Position numbers and translations under genes: made by a program. From Rhodanobacteraceae bacterium (GTDB lineage Bacteria > Pseudomonadota > Gammaproteobacteria > Xanthomonadales > Rhodanobacteraceae), in contig BTVG01000006.1 in NCBI GenBank assembly GCA_045864815.1, positions 61,611-125,610 on the forward strand: 64,000 bases of DNA, in the 5' to 3' direction. Below, piece after piece: positions 52,435 through 63,327 of this stretch. Below the pieces are notes generated by a model. That model was not told the origin of the DNA and made no database searches. It saw only the letters and a program-made list of their open reading frames with translations. Each line of letters starts with the position of its first letter. The stretch's first letter is position 1.

Positions 52435-52461
52435 CTTGAACCTGACTCCGGGAACCCTTAT
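52435..52461 (+). promoter_or_regulatory. Candidate sigma32-type promoter upstream of hpf
   Basis: CTTGAA-N13-ACCCTTAT versus consensus CTTGAA-N13/14-CCCCATNT. Confidence 0.4.
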
Positions 52462-52567
52462 CGCCTGTATCGGGTCAACGCAAACGACATCACTTCGCAC
52501 GAAGCCGAGCTCGCCTCGTGCCGACCGCGTTCCGCGTCAGGAGCGCTCTACCGGAAGGAGAAACACC

Positions 52568-52897
52568 ATGCAGATCAATGTCAGCGGCCCCAAGGTTGAT
52601 GTGACGCCGGCCCTGCGCAGCTATGTCGAAGCCAAGTTCGAGCGCATCCTGCGCCACTTCGATCATCTCCACGACGTCGGCGTGCAGCTGAGCGTGGAGA
52701 AGCTGGTGCACAAGGCGGACGCGACCTTGCATGCAGCTGCCGGCAAGATCATCCACGCGGAAGCCACTGCAGACGACATGTATGCCGCGATCGACCTGCT
52801 CGCCGACAAGCTGGACGGCCAGATCCGCAAGCACAAGGAAAAACTGACCGATCACCACAAGGGCGAGGCACTCCGCGCCGCCGAACGCATCGCCTGA
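52568..52897 (+). CDS. hpf: Ribosome hibernation promoting factor
   Basis: AGGAG RBS; VTPALRSYV, ADDMYAAIDLLADKL; follows rpoN. Confidence 0.93.
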   Translation: MQINVSGPKVDVTPALRSYVEAKFERILRHFDHLHDVGVQLSVEKLVHKADATLHAAAGKIIHAEATADDMYAAIDLLADKLDGQIRKHKEKLTDHHKGEALRAAERIA

Positions 52898-52905
52898 CCT
52901 GCTGC

Positions 52906-52930
52906 GGGGCGCCGGCCTGACCGGCGCCCC
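52906..52930 (+). terminator. Hairpin after hpf (terminator or mRNA stabiliser)
   Basis: GGGGCGCCGG-cctga-CCGGCGCCCC, perfect 10-bp stem; no long U-tract. Confidence 0.45.
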
Positions 52931-53020
52931 CCTTGGCCCCCTCCCCCCGACGAATTTCTTCCGCACTGCGGCAAGACCCGCGCTATCATCCGCCCCTTTC
53001 GCGACTACACGCCGGGCGGC

Positions 53021-53473
53021 ATGCGTTTCAGCGATCTTCTCACTCCCGACAGCGTCGTCGCCGATTTGCGCGTCCGCTCGCGCGGCGCGGTGCTCGAGGC
53101 GTTGGCGCAGCTCATGGCGCCACCGGACCAGGCCCTGGCGGTACTGGAAGCGCTGAGCGAGCGGGAAGGACTCGGCTCCACTGCCCTTGGCCAGGGTTTT
53201 GCGCTGCCGCATGGCCGCAGCGCCGTGCTCGAACATCCCCGCGCCGCGTTCGTGCGCCTCGCGCAGCCGGTCGCCTTCGGTGCGGCGGACCAAGTCCCGG
53301 TCGACCTGTTCGCTGCCATCGTCACGCCCCATCATTTCACGACAGAACACCTGTCCCTGCTCGCCGACATCGCGACACGCGCGTCCGACCCGGCCGCGCT
53401 GGCGCGGCTGCGCGCGGCGGGCCACGCCAGCGCGCTCTACGCCGAACTGGCAGAATGGGGCCAGCCCGCGTGA
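53021..53473 (+). CDS. ptsN: PTS EIIA(Ntr)
   Basis: [19 protein letters not shown] (phospho-His), FGAAD..PVDL. Confidence 0.88.
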   Translation: MRFSDLLTPDSVVADLRVRSRGAVLEALAQLMAPPDQALAVLEALSEREGLGSTALGQGFALPHGRSAVLEHPRAAFVRLAQPVAFGAADQVPVDLFAAIVTPHHFTTEHLSLLADIATRASDPAALARLRAAGHASALYAELAEWGQPA

Positions 53474-54432
53474 ACACCGCCATGGATCGCCTGACTGCCC
53501 GCCAGTTGTTCGACAGCCTTGCCGACCGGCTTTCGCTGCGCTGGACGGCGGGATCCCAGGGCAACGGCCGTACGCTCGATCCGGGCGATCATCACGCACG
53601 TCGCCCGTCGATGGTCGGCTACCTCAACGTGATCTATCCGAACAAGGTGCAGATCATCGGTACCGAGGAGCTCAATTACCTCGACAGTCTGGACTCGCGC
53701 CAGCGCTGGGAAACGGTACAGAAGATCATCAACTACCGGCCGACCGCGCTGATCGTCACCAAGGACCAGGCCTTACCGGGCGACCTGCGCGAAGCCGCCG
53801 ACGAATCGAACACGCCACTGTGGTCCAGCCCCAAGCGTGGCCACGAAATCCTAACCTTCCTGCAGTATCACCTCGCCCGCCTGCTGGCGCGGCGCGAAAC
53901 ACTGCACGGCGTATTCATGGAGGTCTATTCGATCGGGGTGCTGATCACGGGTGAATCGGGCTCCGGCAAGAGCGAACTCGCGCTCGAACTGCTCACCCGT
54001 GGCCATCGTCTCGTCGCCGACGACGCGCCGGAATTCACCCAGATCGCGCCCGACGTCATCGACGGCCGCTGCCCGGAGCTGCTCCAGGATCTGCTCGAGG
54101 TGCGCGGCCTGGGCGTGCTCAACGTGCGCGAGATGTTTGGCCATACGGCGGTGAAACCGTCCAAGTACCTGCGCCTCGTGGTGCACCTGCGACCGCTCAA
54201 TCCACTCGACGACGTAGACGGCATGAAGCGCCTCACGGGCGATGTCGGCTACCGCGAGATTCTCGACACGCGCATCCCGCAGATCGCGATTCCGGTTGCG
54301 CCCGGACGCAACCTGGCCGTGCTCGTCGAAGCCGCCGTGCGCAGCCACATGCTCAAGAGCAAGGGCATCGATCCCGCGCAGACCTTCATCGACCGCCAGG
54401 CGCATCAACTGCAGCGACAGGCCCCGTGGTGA
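53470..54432 (+). CDS. hprK: HPr kinase/phosphorylase
   Basis: [39 protein letters not shown]. Confidence 0.95.
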   Translation: MNTAMDRLTARQLFDSLADRLSLRWTAGSQGNGRTLDPGDHHARRPSMVGYLNVIYPNKVQIIGTEELNYLDSLDSRQRWETVQKIINYRPTALIVTKDQALPGDLREAADESNTPLWSSPKRGHEILTFLQYHLARLLARRETLHGVFMEVYSIGVLITGESGSGKSELALELLTRGHRLVADDAPEFTQIAPDVIDGRCPELLQDLLEVRGLGVLNVREMFGHTAVKPSKYLRLVVHLRPLNPLDDVDGMKRLTGDVGYREILDTRIPQIAIPVAPGRNLAVLVEAAVRSHMLKSKGIDPAQTFIDRQAHQLQRQAPW

Positions 54433-54449
54433 GTACCGGATCCACCGAC

Positions 54450-55319
54450 ATGGCCGGCGCGGGCGCCGACACCATCCACCTCGTCGTGCTGTCGGGATTG
54501 TCCGGCGCCGGCAAGACCGTCGCGTTGCGCACGCTGGAGGACTTTGACTTCTACTGCGTGGACAACCTGCCGGCAGCGCTGATGCCATCGCTCGTGCGGG
54601 CCGTCAGCGGCGGCGGCCACCGCCGTATCGCGGTCGGCATCGACGTGCGCAACCGCAGTGAGGATCTGAACCAGCTGCCGCAGGTCCTGGCCGAGCTGGC
54701 GCGGACCGGCGTCGACTATCAGCTGATTTTTCTGAGCAGCCGCGACGACGTGCTGTCCAAGCGCTTCTCCGATACGCGCAGGCGCCACCCGCTGTCCGCC
54801 GATGGCCTGCCGCTGCACGATGCGATCGCGCTCGAACGCAAGCTGCTGCGGCCCGTCTCGGCCATCGCCGACCGCGTGATCGACTCCAGCGAACTCAACG
54901 TTCATCAGCTGCGCCGGCTCATCGCCACCGAGCTCGGCATGAGCGGCGGAGAGCTGTCGCTGCTATTCGAGTCCTTCGCTTACCGACGCGGTCTGCCGAT
55001 CGATGCGGACTTCGTTTTCGACGCGCGCGTGCTGCCCAATCCGCACTGGGATCCGGCCCTGCGCCCGTTGTCGGGCAAGGATGCCGCGATCCGCGAATGG
55101 CTGCGGGCAAAGCCGGAAGTCCGTCGCTTCCTGGACCAGCTCACGGGATTCCTCGACGAATGGCTGCCGCATTTCGAGGCGGACAACCGTTCGTACGTGA
55201 CCATCTGCATCGGCTGCAGTGGCGGCCGTCACCGCTCGGTCTATCTCGCCGAACGCCTGGCCGAACATTTCCGCGGCACCCGCGAGCAGGTGCTGACCTT
55301 TCACCGTGAACTCGAATGA
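54450..55319 (+). CDS. rapZ: RNase adapter / nucleotide-binding protein RapZ
   Basis: SGLSGAGKT, CVDNLP, GIDVR, DARVLPNPHW, GCSGGRHRSV; start uncertain (54429-54450). Confidence 0.93.
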   Translation: MAGAGADTIHLVVLSGLSGAGKTVALRTLEDFDFYCVDNLPAALMPSLVRAVSGGGHRRIAVGIDVRNRSEDLNQLPQVLAELARTGVDYQLIFLSSRDDVLSKRFSDTRRRHPLSADGLPLHDAIALERKLLRPVSAIADRVIDSSELNVHQLRRLIATELGMSGGELSLLFESFAYRRGLPIDADFVFDARVLPNPHWDPALRPLSGKDAAIREWLRAKPEVRRFLDQLTGFLDEWLPHFEADNRSYVTICIGCSGGRHRSVYLAERLAEHFRGTREQVLTFHRELE

Positions 55320-55464
55320 AGCGCCCCCATTTTCCCGTCGGCGGGCAACATTCTTGCAAGCCGCAATCGTCCGACTCACTGTTAGGCATCGTGATGGCCA
55401 TTTCCTGTTTCGTCTCCGCCCCTGATCGCGCCCCGGCAGGCTGCTGCCGCACGGAGGTTCGGTC

Positions 55465-55857
55465 GTGAGCGTAGGCGTGCTGCTGTTGACCCACGAAGCC
55501 ATGGGCGATGCGCTCGTTTCGGCGGCGCATCACGTACTCGGGCAGTTTCCGCTGCCGCTCGACGTCATGGAGGTTGGCGCCTGCGCCGACCCGGAGCGGG
55601 CGCTCGGCGACGCCTCGCAGCGCGCCCGCCACCTCGACCAGGGCGACGGTGTGCTGGTACTGTCCGACCTGTACGGTTCGACACCGTGCAACATCGCGCA
55701 ACGCCTGTCCGGCCTCGGCTTCCGCACCCACTGCGTGAGCGGGCTCAACCTGCCGATGTTGCTGCGCGTGCTCAACTATCCGAATCAGGATCTCGACCAG
55801 CTGGCGCAGACCGCGGCCAGCGGCGGACGCGGCGGAATCTGTATCGACCATGCCTGA
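55465..55857 (+). CDS. PTS EIIA mannose/fructose-type component
   Basis: LLTHE, LSDLYGSTPCN, SGLNLPML. Confidence 0.9.
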   Translation: MSVGVLLLTHEAMGDALVSAAHHVLGQFPLPLDVMEVGACADPERALGDASQRARHLDQGDGVLVLSDLYGSTPCNIAQRLSGLGFRTHCVSGLNLPMLLRVLNYPNQDLDQLAQTAASGGRGGICIDHA

Positions 55858-56119
55858 ACGCGACATCGTCATCAGCAACAAGCTGGGCCTGCATGCGCGA
55901 GCGTCCGCCAAGCTGGTGCAACTGCTGCAAGGTTATTCGTCCTCGGTCTGGCTGCGCTGCCGCGGACGTGAAATCAATGCCAAGAGCATCATGGGGGTGA
56001 TGATGCTTGCGGCCGGCGTCGGCACGCCGGTCACGATCCGCGCCGAAGGGCCGGACGAGACCGCGGCACTCGACGCCGTCGTCGATCTGTTTCAGCGCAA
56101 ATTCGACGAAGGCCAATAG
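55850..56119 (+). CDS. ptsH: Phosphocarrier HPr/NPr
   Basis: NKLGLHARAS (His15), NAKSIMG (Ser46). Confidence 0.92.
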   Translation: MPERDIVISNKLGLHARASAKLVQLLQGYSSSVWLRCRGREINAKSIMGVMMLAAGVGTPVTIRAEGPDETAALDAVVDLFQRKFDEGQ

Positions 56120-56263
56120 CGTTTTCCGCCGTCCGGAACGCCGGCTGAGCGGAACGGACTGCGCTGACGGCGACCGCCACGGCAACGTGCAGCGCCCTGG
56201 CGCGCGCGTCCGACACAGGCTTGCGCCGGTTCGACCACTCCATCACAAGGACCCGTTGACCCC

Positions 56264-57994
56264 GTGAGCATGCGCATCGTCCTTTCCGGCATTGGCGCTT
56301 CGCGCGGCATGGTCCTGGGACGGGCGCGACTGGTGCAGCCCAGCCAGTTCATCGTCGACGACACACCGCTGGATCAGGCCGAGATCGAGACCGAAGCGGC
56401 GCGCCTGCAGCTCGCGCTGGAAACCGCCCAGGCCGAGCTGCGCGCGATCCGCGACAAGCTTCACGGCGCGCTCGCGCGCGAGATTGGCGAATTCATCGAC
56501 GCACACAGCATGCTGCTGAACGACCCGGAGCTGCTGACCGGTCTGTTCGATCTCGTGCGCCTCGGCCGCTACCGCGCCGGGACCGCGCTGAAAATGCAGC
56601 GTGATCGCCTGGCGGCGGTGTTCGAGGCGATGGACGATCCCTACCTGCGCAGCCGGCGCGAGGACATCGATCACGTCATCGGCCGCGTGCAATCGGCGCT
56701 TGCGCGCGAGACCAGCCCGGCCGAACGCCAGATCGCCGCCCGTGTCGGCACGATTCTCGTCAGCGACCAGATCGCGCCGTCGGAGATGACCCACCTCGCC
56801 GAGCAGGGCGTACTGGCCGCCGTCTGCACCGGATCCAGCGCGCTGTCGCACAGTGCGATCCTCGCGCGCAGCATGCGCCTGCCCATGGTCGTCGGCACGC
56901 ACGATGCACTCGCGGCCGTGCACGACGACGACCTGCTGCTCGTCGACGGCGACCAGGGCCAGGTCGTGGTGCATCCGACTGCGCAGGACCTGGCGCGCTA
57001 TCGCCAGTATCAGCGCGACGCGCAGCGCGAAGGACGCCGCCTCGCCGAGCTCGCCCATCAGCCCACACGGACGCGGGACGAGCACGCCATCCGCCTGTTC
57101 GCCAACGCCGAACTCGCCGGCGACGTCGCACAGGCACGTGCGCACGGCGCCGACGGCATTGGCCTGTATCGCACCGAATTCCTGTTCCTGCAGCGGCACC
57201 ACCTGCCGGACGAGGACGAGCAGTTCCAGGCCTACCGCGATCTCGTGCTGGGCATGGGTGGCCTGCCCGTGACGATACGCACGCTCGATCTCGGCGCCGA
57301 CAAGGCCGACACGACGGGCCTCGCGCTGACGACCGAACCAAACCCGGCGCTCGGCATGCGCGGCATCCGGCTTTCCATGCGGCGTCCCGCCCTGTTCGCG
57401 ACGCAGATGCGTGCGATCCTGCGCGCCTCGGCCTACGGCCCCATCCGCATCCTGGTGCCGATGGTCACCAATCCGGTCGAAATCCAGGCGACGCGCAAGC
57501 TGATCCAGATCTGCGCACGCGACCTGCGCACCGAAGGCCATGAGGTGGCCGATCAGTTCGAACTCGGCGCGATGATCGAGGTGCCCGCCGCTGCGATCGC
57601 ACTGCCGAACCTGATCCGCCACGTCGACTTCGTCGCGATCGGCACCAACGATCTCGTGCAGTACACGCTGGCCGCCGACCGCAACAACGACGCACTGTCG
57701 GAACTCTACGATCCGCTGCATCCGGCAATACTGCAGCTGCTCGCGGCGACGATCCGCTGCGGCGAAAAGCACGCGAAGCCGGTCAGTCTGTGCGGCGAAA
57801 TGGCATCGGACGCGCGCTATACGCCACTGCTGATCGCGCTGGGGCTCAGCAACTTCAGCATGCACTCGGGCGCGCTGCTCGAAGTGCGCGACGCGGTCGC
57901 GCGCTGCGACCGCGCGCGTCTGCGCAAGCTCGCGCCGCGACTGCTGCGTGCCGAAGACCGCGACGCACTGGCGGAGATCCTGGCGCGCGCATGA
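56264..57994 (+). CDS. ptsI: PEP-protein phosphotransferase Enzyme I
   Basis: SHSAILARS, GIGLYRTEFL, RTLDLGADK, NPALGMRGIR, GTNDL.QY, CGEMA. Confidence 0.95.
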   Translation: MSMRIVLSGIGASRGMVLGRARLVQPSQFIVDDTPLDQAEIETEAARLQLALETAQAELRAIRDKLHGALAREIGEFIDAHSMLLNDPELLTGLFDLVRLGRYRAGTALKMQRDRLAAVFEAMDDPYLRSRREDIDHVIGRVQSALARETSPAERQIAARVGTILVSDQIAPSEMTHLAEQGVLAAVCTGSSALSHSAILARSMRLPMVVGTHDALAAVHDDDLLLVDGDQGQVVVHPTAQDLARYRQYQRDAQREGRRLAELAHQPTRTRDEHAIRLFANAELAGDVAQARAHGADGIGLYRTEFLFLQRHHLPDEDEQFQAYRDLVLGMGGLPVTIRTLDLGADKADTTGLALTTEPNPALGMRGIRLSMRRPALFATQMRAILRASAYGPIRILVPMVTNPVEIQATRKLIQICARDLRTEGHEVADQFELGAMIEVPAAAIALPNLIRHVDFVAIGTNDLVQYTLAADRNNDALSELYDPLHPAILQLLAATIRCGEKHAKPVSLCGEMASDARYTPLLIALGLSNFSMHSGALLEVRDAVARCDRARLRKLAPRLLRAEDRDALAEILARA

Positions 57995-58079
57995 GCGCGT
58001 CGCGAAGTCCGGACGTTCGGCCGCATCGCGTCGGCGTCGCTCATGGCATGATCGCGCGACTCAGACCATACACATTCCC

Positions 58080-59003
58080 ATGTTCGCAGCCGATTTCGAT
58101 TCGCGCGTTGCTACTTTCGCTGCTGCCTTCCAGCGTCGCGACCCGTTCCGCTACGTCGTCGTCGACGGCTTCTTCGACGCGGATACGGCGGCACGCCTGC
58201 TCGCGGAATTCCCGCCGTTCGAGCGTGGCAATGCGCGCAACGAGGACGACGGGATCGGCAACAAGTCGACCTTCGAGCGCATTCGCGAGCTCGGCCCGAC
58301 CTATGCGGCGCTCGACGATTTTGTGCAGTCGCCGGCCTTTCTCGCCGTGCTGTCGCAGCTCACCGGCATCCCGGATCTGCGCTACGACCCATGGTATTTC
58401 GGCGGCGGCACACACGAGAACCGCAACAGCCAGGATCTCGACGCGCATGTCGACTTCAACCGGCACCCGGTCGAACCCTGGCATCGCCGGCTCAACCTGA
58501 TCGTGTACCTCAACCCCGAATGGCATGACGACTGGGGCGGCCTGCTCGAACTGCATTCCGACCCGCGCTCGCCGGACGACCGCGTGACACGCATAGCGCC
58601 GCTGTTCAACCGCGCCGTCGTGTTCGAGACCACTGAATGGAGCTGGCACGGCTTCGAGCGCATTGCCGTGCCGACCGAGCGCGCCGACGTAACACGGCGT
58701 TCCATTGCCTTGTACTTCTACACTACCGACCGACCGGCCGATGAACTCGCGCCGACGCATTCGACCATCTACGTCGAGCGTCCGTTGCCGGAACGCTTCC
58801 GCCCCGGCCACGTCCTCAGTGACGAGGATGTCGGCGAACTCAGGAACCTGCTCGCGCGCCGCGATCAGCACAACCAGCGGCTGTATCGCGACATCGCTGC
58901 CGCCAACGAACGCTGCGAACAGCTCCGGGTCGCCCTCGACCGCGGCCTGATCGGGCGCCTGCGCTACTTCGCGCACCGCCTGCTGGCACGGCGTGCGCGC
59001 TGA
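58080..59003 (+). CDS. 2OG-Fe(II) oxygenase
   Basis: GGGTHE, HVD (HxD), RRLNLIVYLN, FNRAVVF, SWHG, RRSIALYFY; start estimated. Confidence 0.85.
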   Translation: MFAADFDSRVATFAAAFQRRDPFRYVVVDGFFDADTAARLLAEFPPFERGNARNEDDGIGNKSTFERIRELGPTYAALDDFVQSPAFLAVLSQLTGIPDLRYDPWYFGGGTHENRNSQDLDAHVDFNRHPVEPWHRRLNLIVYLNPEWHDDWGGLLELHSDPRSPDDRVTRIAPLFNRAVVFETTEWSWHGFERIAVPTERADVTRRSIALYFYTTDRPADELAPTHSTIYVERPLPERFRPGHVLSDEDVGELRNLLARRDQHNQRLYRDIAAANERCEQLRVALDRGLIGRLRYFAHRLLARRAR

Positions 59004-59339
59004 CCCAGCCGCAGTCGACAGGCGCCGCGCGCGCCATACCTCCCCATCGCCCGGTGCATCCTCGCGCAGGACGCAACGTGGATGCCCGCACCCTGCGTCA
59101 TCAGCACCATTGCACGCCGCGCGCCACACTGCGCAGGCCGTTGCGGCTGATCTCCGTCCCTGAGATCACGCACGCGTAAAAAGACCTCGTGGATCCGGGC
59201 TCCGACGCCGCGGGAATGCGTGCGGCGCAATGCGTCTTTCGACGCGGAAGGACCCTCGATCGAAGCGCTTCGATGCAGCGGAAACGCAGCGACAACGGCC
59301 CGGACCCACACCGCACATCTACTCTCCCTGAGGACATTC

Positions 59340-60308
59340 ATGACCAACCTTCTGAAGGCCATCCCGATCGTTGCTGCGCTGATAACCAGCAACGCGGCAT
59401 TTTCCTGCGACGTCACGCTCCCTTCCGGCACCAGCGGAGCTGTCATCCAGCAAAACCTTTCCCCGCTGGCCAAGGGCACCGTTGTGTGCCTGAGTACAGG
59501 CAGCTACAACCTCGGGTCGACGACGCTGACCGTACCCACGGGCATGACGCTTAAAGGCGTCGGCGCCACTCGTGACGACGTCGTCATCGCGTCGTCCGCG
59601 CAGCGGATGATCTCGATCGAAAGCAACACGACCCTGCAGAACTTCACGCTACAGCCCACCAGCGGCCACTTGCCGGAATTCGGCGTGTTCTCCTAATTCC
59701 AGTCGGGCCAGATCGTGTGGGGCCTGAATCTCAAGGGCTCGCTCATCAATTTCGCCTCAATCGGTTCGAGCGACGTGAACGTCTGGGACACGTTCATGTC
59801 CGACAACGGCGGCAGTCCGTCGGCCGATCCGAACGTCTGGATCACCGACTCCAGCGATGTGGAATTCCTCTGGGGCGCGGTCTTCGGCGAAGGCTTCCAT
59901 CCCAGTGGTGGCGGCGACGGTGAAATCGCCGCCTACAACTCGACAAACGTCAGGATCAACGGCACGCAGGTCCTCGACTCGGGTGCCAGCGCCATCTATT
60001 TCGTCAACTGCGATTCGTGCCGCGTCGAGAACGCGACACTGCTCAACGCCGCCGGCTGGGGTCTCGACATCGTCGGAGGCTCCGACAACTTCACCGCCGT
60101 CAACAACTACGTGCAGGGCAGCCAGTACGGCGGGTCAGTGTTTCATCAGAACACCCAGTCCGGCGGCACCTATACCGGCAACACCTTCATCAATAACAAC
60201 ACCGGCGGCTATGCGAGCTGCAATGCGATCAATGTCGCCGGTAACCCGGCGGCACTCACGCTGAGCGGCAATACCGCAACGCCGGGGCCGATCACCTGCA
60301 TCCAGTGA
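59340..60308 (+). pseudogene. Secreted beta-helix protein interrupted by a single in-frame TAA at 59694-59696
   Basis: GAGGA RBS and ATG 59340, signal peptide; the frame continues after the stop (FGVFS*FQSGQIVWGL) with beta-helix repeats to TGA 60308. Confidence 0.75.
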
Positions 60309-60471
60309 TGGTCACCTCGCGAACCCATCATTCCGGCGCGTCCCCCGACGGCGCACCATCGCACCACGGGATCGTTGACGTTTTTTGACGCGCCGGGAAC
60401 GTAGAATAGTGGGCTCTGCCCTCCCGCAGCTTCTGCAGGGCCGCGGGCGGGCATTCCCTTTTTCCTTGTCC

Positions 60472-61584
60472 ATGGCGCCGCCAGTGACGATAAAAGCCCA
60501 GCTCGAAAGCCTCCTGCGCCCGGTTGCCCGGTTGTTGCCCCTGGCCATCAAGATTCCGCTCCGGCGCTGGTGGTATGCCGGGTCGCCCGCCACTCAGCAG
60601 GAGTCAGCTTACGCGCGGCGTGTGCAGCAGGAGGTATCACGATTTGCCGAGGAGGAGGTCGTCAACAACCTGCCGCCCATCTTCCATTACTGGTCGAATA
60701 CTTATTTGCGCAAGCACCTCGAGGCGTTCGGATTCTCCTATCCGGAAGACTTCTTCGCACGCCGCATCGAAACGCAGGCGAAATCGCTCGGACGCCCCGT
60801 CCGGATCATCAGCATCGGTGCCGGTAACTGCGACTGCGAAGTATTGATCGCACGCCTCCTCATCGAACGCGGTGTCGACGCTTTCCGCATCGAGTGTCTC
60901 GACATCACCGCGGAAATGCTCCGGCGTGGGGCCGAACTGGCTACCTCGCAGAACCTCTCCGAGCGCTTCGGCTTCGTGCAGGGCGATTTCAACGATTGGA
61001 AACCCGACGGCCACTACGACATCGTCATGGCCAATCAGAGCCTGCACCACGTCGTGAATCTCGAATCGCTGTTTACCGCCATCGACCGCGCGATCGGCGA
61101 CGACGGCATCTTCATCACCTCGGACATGATCGGCCGCAACGGTCACATGCGCTGGCCGGAAGCACTGGCGCTCGTGCAGGAGTTCTGGAGCGAACTGCCG
61201 GATGCGTACCGCTACAACGTACAGCTGCGCCGCCAGGAGCCGGTGTTCGGCAACTGGGATTGCTCGGTCGAAGGCTTCGAGGGAATTCGAGCGCAGGACA
61301 TTCTGCCGCTCGCGGTTCAGCGATTCGGGTTCGATTTCTTTTTTGCCTACGGCAATCTCATCGATCCGTTCATCGACCGCAGCTTCGGACCGCATTTCGA
61401 TCCGGATCGGCACTGGGATCGCCAGTTCATCGATCGCGTACACGCACGCGATGAAGCCGAAATGCTGGCCGGACACATCAAGCCGACACATATTCTGGCG
61501 GTCATGCGCCGCGATCGCAGCGTGCGGCCGCAAACTTGGTTGCACATGACGCCGGAATTCTGCGTGCGTCATCCGGCCCAATGA
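60472..61584 (+). CDS. Class I SAM-dependent methyltransferase
   Basis: ISIGAGNCD (motif I), ECLDI, QGDFN, ANQSLHH. Confidence 0.85.
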   Translation: MAPPVTIKAQLESLLRPVARLLPLAIKIPLRRWWYAGSPATQQESAYARRVQQEVSRFAEEEVVNNLPPIFHYWSNTYLRKHLEAFGFSYPEDFFARRIETQAKSLGRPVRIISIGAGNCDCEVLIARLLIERGVDAFRIECLDITAEMLRRGAELATSQNLSERFGFVQGDFNDWKPDGHYDIVMANQSLHHVVNLESLFTAIDRAIGDDGIFITSDMIGRNGHMRWPEALALVQEFWSELPDAYRYNVQLRRQEPVFGNWDCSVEGFEGIRAQDILPLAVQRFGFDFFFAYGNLIDPFIDRSFGPHFDPDRHWDRQFIDRVHARDEAEMLAGHIKPTHILAVMRRDRSVRPQTWLHMTPEFCVRHPAQ

Positions 61585-61600
61585 GCGGGCCTCCGGGCTA

Positions 61601-63166
61601 GTGGCTGCCGCAATGTGCCGCGCTGATGCGCGTCGGCCCGGCACGGCAGCCCTGCTCGTGCTGGCCATGGTCGCGTTCGGCAGTGCCGCAGCCCTGCTCG
61701 GCCAGAGCAACAACTGGGACCTCCGCAATTACCACTGGTACAACGGCTGGGCCTGGCTGCACGGCCGCCATCACCTCGATCTGGCCGCGGCCCAGGCACA
61801 GACCTGGTTCAATCCGCTGCTGCCGGCCGGCCTCTATCTGTTGCTGTCCTCGCTGAAGCCCTGGCTGGGAACGTTCGTGCTCGGCGCCCTGCAGGGATTG
61901 AACGTGCTGCCGCTGCACCGCATCGCGCAGCGGCTGCTGCCGGAACAGCGCGTACTGGCTCTGCTCGCTGCAGTCGTCGGCGCGACCGGCGCCACGCAAC
62001 GCGGCGAACTCGGAGCGAGCTTCGGCGACAACCTCGTGAGCCTGCCGCTGCTCTGCGCGCTGGCCCTGCTGGCCGCGCCGTCGAGCACGCTGCGCCGCAG
62101 CGTCGTGGCCGGCGTCCTGCTCGGTATCGCCGTCGGCCTGAAGCTGACCGCCGCTCCGGTCGCCGCGGGCATCGCCTGCGCCGGCCTCTGGCTGTTCCAG
62201 CGCCGCGGGCAACTGCGACAGCATGGCGTTACGCTGGCTGGGTGCGCCGCAGCCGCATTTCTGCTCGTGAATGGACCGTGGATGTGGCAGCTGTGGCACG
62301 ACTATGGCAATCCGCTGTTCCCCATGTTCGGCAAGCTGTTCGGCGGTGAGTTCGCCGCGCCGGTGGAACTGCGCGACACGCGCTGGCTGCCGCGCGACGC
62401 ACTGCAATGGTTGTTCTACCCGCTGGCCTGGGCCGACCAGCCGCGCCGCGTTTCCGAACTGTGGTTCCTCGATCTGCGTGTGCCGCTGTGGTTCCTGGCG
62501 ATACTGCTGCTGCCGTTCTGGTGGTCGCGCGCACGCGCGCAGAGCACTCAGCCGGCGATACTCGCCTTCGTCATTCTCGTCACCGCGCTGATCTATGCGT
62601 TCTGGCTAATGCTGTTCGGCTACTACCGCTATCTGGTCGTGCTGGAGATGCTCGCACCGCTGCTGCTCGTGATCGCGATGCTCGCGATTCCGCGACGCAG
62701 CGGCATCGTTTTCGCTTGCGGCGTGCTGGCCGCCATCGGCCTCGCCACGCGCCCGCCCAACTGGGGCCGGCTCAGGTCCTATGCCGACAGCTACGTCAGC
62801 GTGCAGTTGCCGCCGGTTGCGCAACAGGGCGATGCGCTCGTCGTGTTCGCCGACCATGAGCCGATCGCTTTCCTCGCGCCCTCATTTCCGCCGGGCACTC
62901 GGTTCGCGCGCATCCTTGGCAACGTGATGGGGCCACCGATACCGGAATGGGCGCTCGATCGTCGTGCCCGGGCGCGCATCCATACGCACCGTGGACCACT
63001 GCTGCTGCTCGCCGTGCATCTGGACGATCCGCAGCTCCCTGAGGCATTGCAGAGGCACGCACTGGTAGTGGATCGCACGCAATGCGCGCGCATCGACAGC
63101 AATCTGTTCAATCGCGACGGCATGCACGCGCAGGTGTGCCCGCTTCGAATCATTGCCACTCCCTGA
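61601..63166 (+). CDS. Polytopic membrane protein, putative GT-C-fold glycosyltransferase (GT87/DUF2029-like)
   Basis: Many TM helices; luminal-loop motif NWDLRNYHWYN; GLKLT; YYRYLV; soluble C-terminal domain. Confidence 0.55.
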   Translation: MAAAMCRADARRPGTAALLVLAMVAFGSAAALLGQSNNWDLRNYHWYNGWAWLHGRHHLDLAAAQAQTWFNPLLPAGLYLLLSSLKPWLGTFVLGALQGLNVLPLHRIAQRLLPEQRVLALLAAVVGATGATQRGELGASFGDNLVSLPLLCALALLAAPSSTLRRSVVAGVLLGIAVGLKLTAAPVAAGIACAGLWLFQRRGQLRQHGVTLAGCAAAAFLLVNGPWMWQLWHDYGNPLFPMFGKLFGGEFAAPVELRDTRWLPRDALQWLFYPLAWADQPRRVSELWFLDLRVPLWFLAILLLPFWWSRARAQSTQPAILAFVILVTALIYAFWLMLFGYYRYLVVLEMLAPLLLVIAMLAIPRRSGIVFACGVLAAIGLATRPPNWGRLRSYADSYVSVQLPPVAQQGDALVVFADHEPIAFLAPSFPPGTRFARILGNVMGPPIPEWALDRRARARIHTHRGPLLLLAVHLDDPQLPEALQRHALVVDRTQCARIDSNLFNRDGMHAQVCPLRIIATP

Positions 63167-63327
63167 CCGGCACGATGTGCGCGGCACACGCGACGCGACG
63201 TCAGTCTGCCGCCGTCGATGCGCTGCATTGACCAGCGGCGTCGGCCTGGTCACCCCGCGATGACTTCGGCACGTCCGCTCGCCGAGCGATGCTACACTGC
63301 CTGCCCCGCGCAGGTATCCCATTGATT

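Noticed and set aside
50739-58000. rpoN-hpf-ptsN-hprK-rapZ-EIIA-HPr-EI cluster as a novel system
   Set aside because: Standard arrangement in Xanthomonadales with intact catalytic residues.
57790-58500. ORF with ATG 57991 overlapping the ptsI stop, suggesting a frameshifted oxygenase start
   Set aside because: Its translation has no oxygenase features, and the oxygenase frame has its own ATG at 58080.
60375-60407. Tandem TTGACG repeats with TAGAAT as a sigma70 promoter
   Set aside because: Spacers of 21 and 11 nt do not fit; it cannot be called without TSS data.
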